DNA of 64,000 nucleotides from an uncultured Ignavibacteriales bacterium (GTDB lineage Bacteria; Zixibacteria; MSB-5A5; GN15; FEB-12): NCBI GenBank assembly GCA_964464605.1, contig CAYXJN010000003.1, positions 1 to 64,000 of the forward strand, read 5' to 3'. Shown piece by piece: positions 60,398 to 64,000 of this stretch (position 1 is its first letter; each line of letters starts with the position of its first letter). The notes under the pieces were generated by a model. It saw only the letters and a program-made list of their open reading frames with translations, ran no database searches and was not told where the DNA came from. The position numbers and the translations under genes were made by a program.

Positions 60398-63300
60398 ATG
60401 ATCAAACGGCTCTTTACCATCGTATTGGTCTGTCTTTTGACCAGTATCTCTATTCACGCGAAGACCGCAACAACGCTGACAACAGTCGCATCGCAAAAAA
60501 GACTGTCATTCATCCCCAATCAGGGACAGTGGGATGTGCATGCGTTGTACATGACTCGCGGAAGTGTGCATGCAACCTGGTTCACGCAGGATGGGGCCTA
60601 TCATCAGTTGGCAGCAATGCCCGCCGAAGGAATGCAGACGAAATCGGAACGAAATGTTCCGGCAAACAACGAAGTAAATCCGCAAAGCGTTGTTATCCGT
60701 CAACACTTCCTGAACGCCAACCCGAATGCATTAATAACTGCGAACGAACAGCAAAGCTTCACGACCAATTATCTTCATGGCAATGACGCCGCCAAATGGC
60801 AGACCAATGTTCCAAGTTTCGCTTCAATAACCTATAGGGAAGTCTATCCCGGTATCGATGTCTGCTACTACGGCGATGCTACCTCGCTGGTCTATGATTT
60901 CATTCTTTCCCCCGGCGCCGATTTATCGCAGGTTCGGATTCGCTACGACGGTGCGGAATCACTCATACTCGGTGAAAACGGTCAGCTTACGGTCGTCACT
61001 CCCTGGGGTGAACTGCATGAAAAAAAGCTATTTGTCTATCAGTATGTCGCCGGTAAAAAGACCGCAATTGAAGCTGCCTACAAGATCTATAACGATAACA
61101 CCTACGGCTTCGAACTGACATCCGCTATCAATCCGTTCCTTGGCGTGGTGGTCGATCCGACTATTGACTTCCAGGTCAGTTTTGGTGGCTCATCATTGGA
61201 TTCACTTAAGGCGGTTGCGGCCGGTTCCGACGGTTCTGTCTACGCAGCGGGTGTTACCTTCTCGACCGACTTCCCGCTCGTTTCCTCATTCGATGCCCTG
61301 TATGAAGGTTCATCCGAAGCGTTTATCACCAAACTCAGTGATGACGGTGCCACGACACTGTTCAGTACCTTCTTCGGCGGTAATGGTAACGATGGTATCA
61401 GTGATATCAGCATAACTGAAGACCATGAAATGATCGTCGGCGGTACAACTTCCTCTGATAATCTCACCACAACCACGAATGCCTACGACCTCGTATACAA
61501 CGGCCAGCTCGATGCCTTTATTACCAAGCTCAACAGCGCCGGTAACGGGATTATTTACGGCACCTACATCGGCGGCGACGGAGATGATGAACTTGTCGCG
61601 ATTGATATCGACTCCTCCGAGCATGTCGTTGCTGCAATCGGCACGAACAGTCAGAACGGTCTGTTCGGTTTAAGCTATGACATCACCTTCAACGGTCAAT
61701 CGGATATCTTCCTGATCGCACTCGATGAAATCGGCCACCTGAAGTCATCCACCTTCTACGGTACACCCGGTTTCGAATGGCCGACCGATGTTCGCTTTAT
61801 TCAGGATGAAGAGGATGACAAGGATTTCCACTGGTTCCGCGTTGCGGTCTCCGGTTGGATAGTGAAAGACTTTTATTTCCCCCTTAAGTACCCGATTGAT
61901 TCGACCGCTGAACTCGGCGTTGAAGAACCGATTGTCGGGATATTCTCATCCCTCATGTTCATGAACTTCAGCTCCTTCTACGGCGGCAGCGGCAACGACC
62001 GCGCGACCTCTATCTCCGCCGATCAGAATGGGTATTTGTATATCACCGGAACAACTGAATCAGCGAATTTCCCGCTCAAAAATCCGTTCGACAACAGCCT
62101 CAACGGCACCGAAGGATTTTTGGTCAAATTCAATCCGGATAACGGCGTCCTTGCCTATAGCACGTTCCTCGGCGGCAGTGAAACCGATGCACCGGCCGGA
62201 GTGGTGGTGGATGAAGTGAGTCGCGAAACCTATGTGTTCGGCAGTACTCACTCGACCAGCGATTTTCCGTTAGTTGGCCAATTGCCGCGTTCTACATCTG
62301 CCGGTCAGGATAATGCGTTTGTCACCAAAGTTTCCCCATTCGGTTCGCAGATATTGTTCAGCACCTTTGTGATGTCCGAACCGCAGTCGGTTATTACCGA
62401 CGCTGCTATTTTCGATGACGGCAGCCTATTGTTCGGCGGTCAATATTCTGATGGCGTCAACCCGACCCAGGTAGTGGTTGGCCGTATCGGTTTTGATACC
62501 GACGAAGATGGTATTCCGGATGGCGCCGACAACTGCCCGACATTGGCCAATCCGCTTCAGGAAGACAGTGACAATGACGGTATCGGTGATGCCTGCGATC
62601 CGGAGTTTACGGTCGTTCCGACCGGTCAACCGGCGGATATATTCTATCTCGCTTCCGGTGACTTCGACCGAAACAACTATGTCGACTTCGCCTACACCGG
62701 TATTTCCGATCAGGGCGCTGGTTCACTGCATATCATTTTCGGGAACAAATTCGATACGCTCGAAGTGCCGCAGCATTACGCTGATTTCTTCAATGCTGCG
62801 CTGCTTGCCGACTATGTTGATGATGACACCCTGCTGGATATCGTAGCACGGTCTGCCACGCATGTCTACATTCTGAAAAACAAAGGTAATCGAGTGTTCG
62901 AGATCGACTCTATTGAGGTCTCACCGCTTGCTTCGCAATCAAGCGTCGTGCGGGAACGGAATAGCTCGAAAGCATCGTCAATGCTCGATCTTTCTCCTGT
63001 ACCGATATTTGACCAGATTCCGACTCATCCAAAATTTTTCTCGGTTTCTGAACCAAGCCAACTCGCGTTGCGTGAACGCGCCCCGGCCATGATGGAATCA
63101 GGATATCCCTCCATCACCGCTGGCTATTTCAACAACGACATAGAACTCGACCTTATCGTCAACCCGAGCAATCTACTGACAGGCAACGGCTTAGGCGATT
63201 TCTCCAACGGCCCTGCCTTGCCTTTCACCTTCGATAAATCGGACGCCGCCGATGTCGACAATGACGGCGACGATGATTTAGCGGTCGTCGATGCGACTGG

Positions 63301-64000
63301 TTCATTTCGCATTTACTTAAATGACGGTTCAGGCGGATTTACGCAATCGTATCAGTATCTTATCAACGCATTCGGTTATGACTTCGCCAATGTCGCCACC
63401 GGTATCGATCTGAACGGGGACTATCTGACTGACTACGGCGTTGTCACCGGTAATATCACGTCGACCACTGATACGGCAGCTGTATATCTGTTCCTCGGCG
63501 ACGGTCACGGTTCAGCCGCGCTGAATCCGATTACGTTTATCCTGGTAGGCGGTTCACTCGTGAATCTCGATTTTACCGATTATGACGGTGACAAAGACCT
63601 TGATTTGACGGCTGTCGACGCAACGACGCATGACCTGTATGTCGTGCTCAATGACGGCTTCGGTAACTTTACTACGAGCATTATCATTGATGTTGGCAAC
63701 GGCACCAGCCCGCTTTTCTCTATCGCCGGCGCTGATGTCGACCGTGATGGCAACGCCGACTATCTGTTGGGCGGCGAAGAGGGTTCAGAAATCGTTCTGG
63801 CGATTAACGATTTACCCGATCAGCCGATCAGTGATTCGGAAATGACCGTAACGGCATTTAACAATTTCAACGTTACTATTACCAATCCGAAGGGCTTAAC
63901 TATTTCTGACCTTGAGCAGTCGGTCGCAGGTTCGGAATATCGTGAACTTGATTTCGACAATGACGACACACTCGATACCAGAACGTTCGACTATAACCTG
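60398..64000 (+). CDS. Large secreted protein with SBBP beta-propeller, TSP3 and FG-GAP repeats, truncated by the window end
   Basis: Absent from the ORF track because it has no stop. Begins MIKRLFTIVLVCLL, then FIPNQGQW, W.TNVP, EVYPGID, STFFGG.G.D, DEDGIPDGADNCP; the same frame reads DDTLDTRTFDYNL at the window end. Confidence 0.88.
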   Translation, partial: MIKRLFTIVLVCLLTSISIHAKTATTLTTVASQKRLSFIPNQGQWDVHALYMTRGSVHATWFTQDGAYHQLAAMPAEGMQTKSERNVPANNEVNPQSVVIRQHFLNANPNALITANEQQSFTTNYLHGNDAAKWQTNVPSFASITYREVYPGIDVCYYGDATSLVYDFILSPGADLSQVRIRYDGAESLILGENGQLTVVTPWGELHEKKLFVYQYVAGKKTAIEAAYKIYNDNTYGFELTSAINPFLGVVVDPTIDFQVSFGGSSLDSLKAVAAGSDGSVYAAGVTFSTDFPLVSSFDALYEGSSEAFITKLSDDGATTLFSTFFGGNGNDGISDISITEDHEMIVGGTTSSDNLTTTTNAYDLVYNGQLDAFITKLNSAGNGIIYGTYIGGDGDDELVAIDIDSSEHVVAAIGTNSQNGLFGLSYDITFNGQSDIFLIALDEIGHLKSSTFYGTPGFEWPTDVRFIQDEEDDKDFHWFRVAVSGWIVKDFYFPLKYPIDSTAELGVEEPIVGIFSSLMFMNFSSFYGGSGNDRATSISADQNGYLYITGTTESANFPLKNPFDNSLNGTEGFLVKFNPDNGVLAYSTFLGGSETDAPAGVVVDEVSRETYVFGSTHSTSDFPLVGQLPRSTSAGQDNAFVTKVSPFGSQILFSTFVMSEPQSVITDAAIFDDGSLLFGGQYSDGVNPTQVVVGRIGFDTDEDGIPDGADNCPTLANPLQEDSDNDGIGDACDPEFTVVPTGQPADIFYLASGDFDRNNYVDFAYTGISDQGAGSLHIIFGNKFDTLEVPQHYADFFNAALLADYVDDDTLLDIVARSATHVYILKNKGNRVFEIDSIEVSPLASQSSVVRERNSSKASSMLDLSPVPIFDQIPTHPKFFSVSEPSQLALRERAPAMMESGYPSITAGYFNNDIELDLIVNPSNLLTGNGLGDFSNGPALPFTFDKSDAADVDNDGDDDLAVVDATGSFRIYLNDGSGGFTQSYQYLINAFGYDFANVATGIDLNGDYLTDYGVVTGNITSTTDTAAVYLFLGDGHGSAALNPITFILVGGSLVNLDFTDYDGDKDLDLTAVDATTHDLYVVLNDGFGNFTTSIIIDVGNGTSPLFSIAGADVDRDGNADYLLGGEEGSEIVLAINDLPDQPISDSEMTVTAFNNFNVTITNPKGLTISDLEQSVAGSEYRELDFDNDDTLDTRTFDYNL

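Overview
Bacterial chromosomal window. The lineage is probably candidate phylum Zixibacteria or a relative, inferred from the Cys-flanked dockerin-like C-terminal tails, the cohesin-like/TSP3/FG-GAP secreted proteins and the short RpoD-type sigma factor. Positions 1-25.2 kb hold core genes: a Cys-rich repeat surface protein, a folB-folK-dNK-panB operon headed by two apparently catalytically dead enzymes, degP and a sigma70 gene, tRNA-Leu, a four-gene DUF6754 membrane cluster, metK, ahcY, lptFG, yhaM and tRNA-Ser(GGA). A ~29.4 kb integrative island sits in the 3' end of tRNA-Ser, bounded by a perfect 24-bp direct repeat (25219-25242 and 54647-54670). It carries a tyrosine integrase, an excisionase, a primase-helicase, a type I R-M system with a translationally coupled SIR2 gene, an imuA-imuB-dnaE2 cassette, an alpha/beta-hydrolase-TM-beta-propeller protein, an IS3 relic, SRAP, and a Ser/Thr kinase-TPR plus secreted FG-GAP/dockerin module. 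A diverged paralog of that kinase/secreted-protein module lies on the chromosome just outside attR, divergent from a GAF-PP2C phosphatase. The best candidates for undescribed systems are the RM-SIR2 unit, the island-borne copy of the kinase/dockerin-protein module, the pseudoenzyme pair, the hydrolase-propeller protein and the DUF6754 complex. All calls come from reading motifs by eye; no searches were run.
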